Shown in pieces: positions 44,816 to 44,913 of a DNA stretch of 44,913 nucleotides (position 1 is the stretch's first letter; every line of letters starts with the position of its first letter). Location: the NCBI GenBank assembly GCA_964517565.1, contig CAZFEG010000002.1:1-44913 (forward strand), given 5' to 3'. The notes beneath the pieces are model-generated. The model saw only the letters and a list, made by a program, of their open reading frames with translations, was not told the DNA's origin and did no database searches. Position numbers and translations under genes: made by a program. The stretch is from an uncultured Methanosarcinales archaeon. GTDB lineage: Archaea; Nanobdellota; Nanobdellia; Woesearchaeales; SKGA01.

Positions 44816-44913
44816 GAACCCCTTTCCCCGCAGTTTTTTCATAATTTTTTTTTGTTCCAGCGTGCGAGTCGTTTTTTTTTCTTTGTGCGTTCAAGTTTTT
44901 TTTACTTGGACTC
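44816..44913 (+). repeat. Direct repeat copy 2, truncated by the window end
   Basis: See copy 1. The two copies are separated by a 29-nt unique spacer, TCTTGTTTCGCCTAGTTGCACTGGCGTGG. Confidence 0.9.

Noticed and set aside
44688-44913. Possible CRISPR array at the window end
   Set aside because: There are only two copies. The repeat unit is about 99 nt, T-rich and includes the tRNA 3' end, and the spacer is 29 nt. This does not fit CRISPR repeat/spacer geometry, and no cas genes are in the window.

Overview
This 44.9-kb window is AT-rich (about one third G+C by eye) and looks like part of a small archaeal genome, most plausibly a DPANN-type lineage. Genes are tightly packed with many 1-20 nt overlaps. 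GGAGG-type Shine-Dalgarno sites, frequent TTG/GTG starts and TTTATAAA TATA boxes are common. Almost every gene is an information-processing gene.

Gene content from left to right:
- PolD small subunit (5'-partial), a block of small membrane proteins, aIF2-beta and the PolD large subunit.
- Hef helicase/nuclease, an M18 aminopeptidase and a single-chain PriS-PriL primase fusion.
- A complete archaeal ribosomal-protein superoperon (uL3 to uL15, with SUI1 and RNase P Rpp29 embedded), then SecY, a DUF106/YidC-like insertase, eL34 and eL14.
- A wHTH gene divergent from a small PC4-like ORF plus RadA.
- Pelota translationally coupled to an ArmA/Rmt-like 16S rRNA methyltransferase, then a TrmB-family regulator, a TRAM protein and uS2.
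- On the minus strand: a RadB operon and a five-gene string (surface glycoprotein, wHTH protein, ScpB, an untracked 48-aa zinc ribbon, GyrA).
- Three paralogous coiled-coil genes, then an intron-containing tRNA-Leu(CAA).

Most notable non-standard signals:
1. A 139-bp array of 11 GAGAC/GTCTC pentamers, including two identical 13-bp palindromes, upstream of radA.
2. The aminoglycoside-resistance-type methyltransferase homologue coupled to pelota.
3. The PriS-PriL fusion.
4. The coiled-coil paralogue trio.
5. A roughly 250-nt promoter-to-terminator non-coding interval before uS2, and a motif it shares with the uL3 leader.
6. A near-perfect roughly 99-nt duplication that starts inside the tRNA 3' end and runs off the window.

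All protein calls come from reading the supplied translations and recognising family motifs. No database search, alignment or statistics were run.
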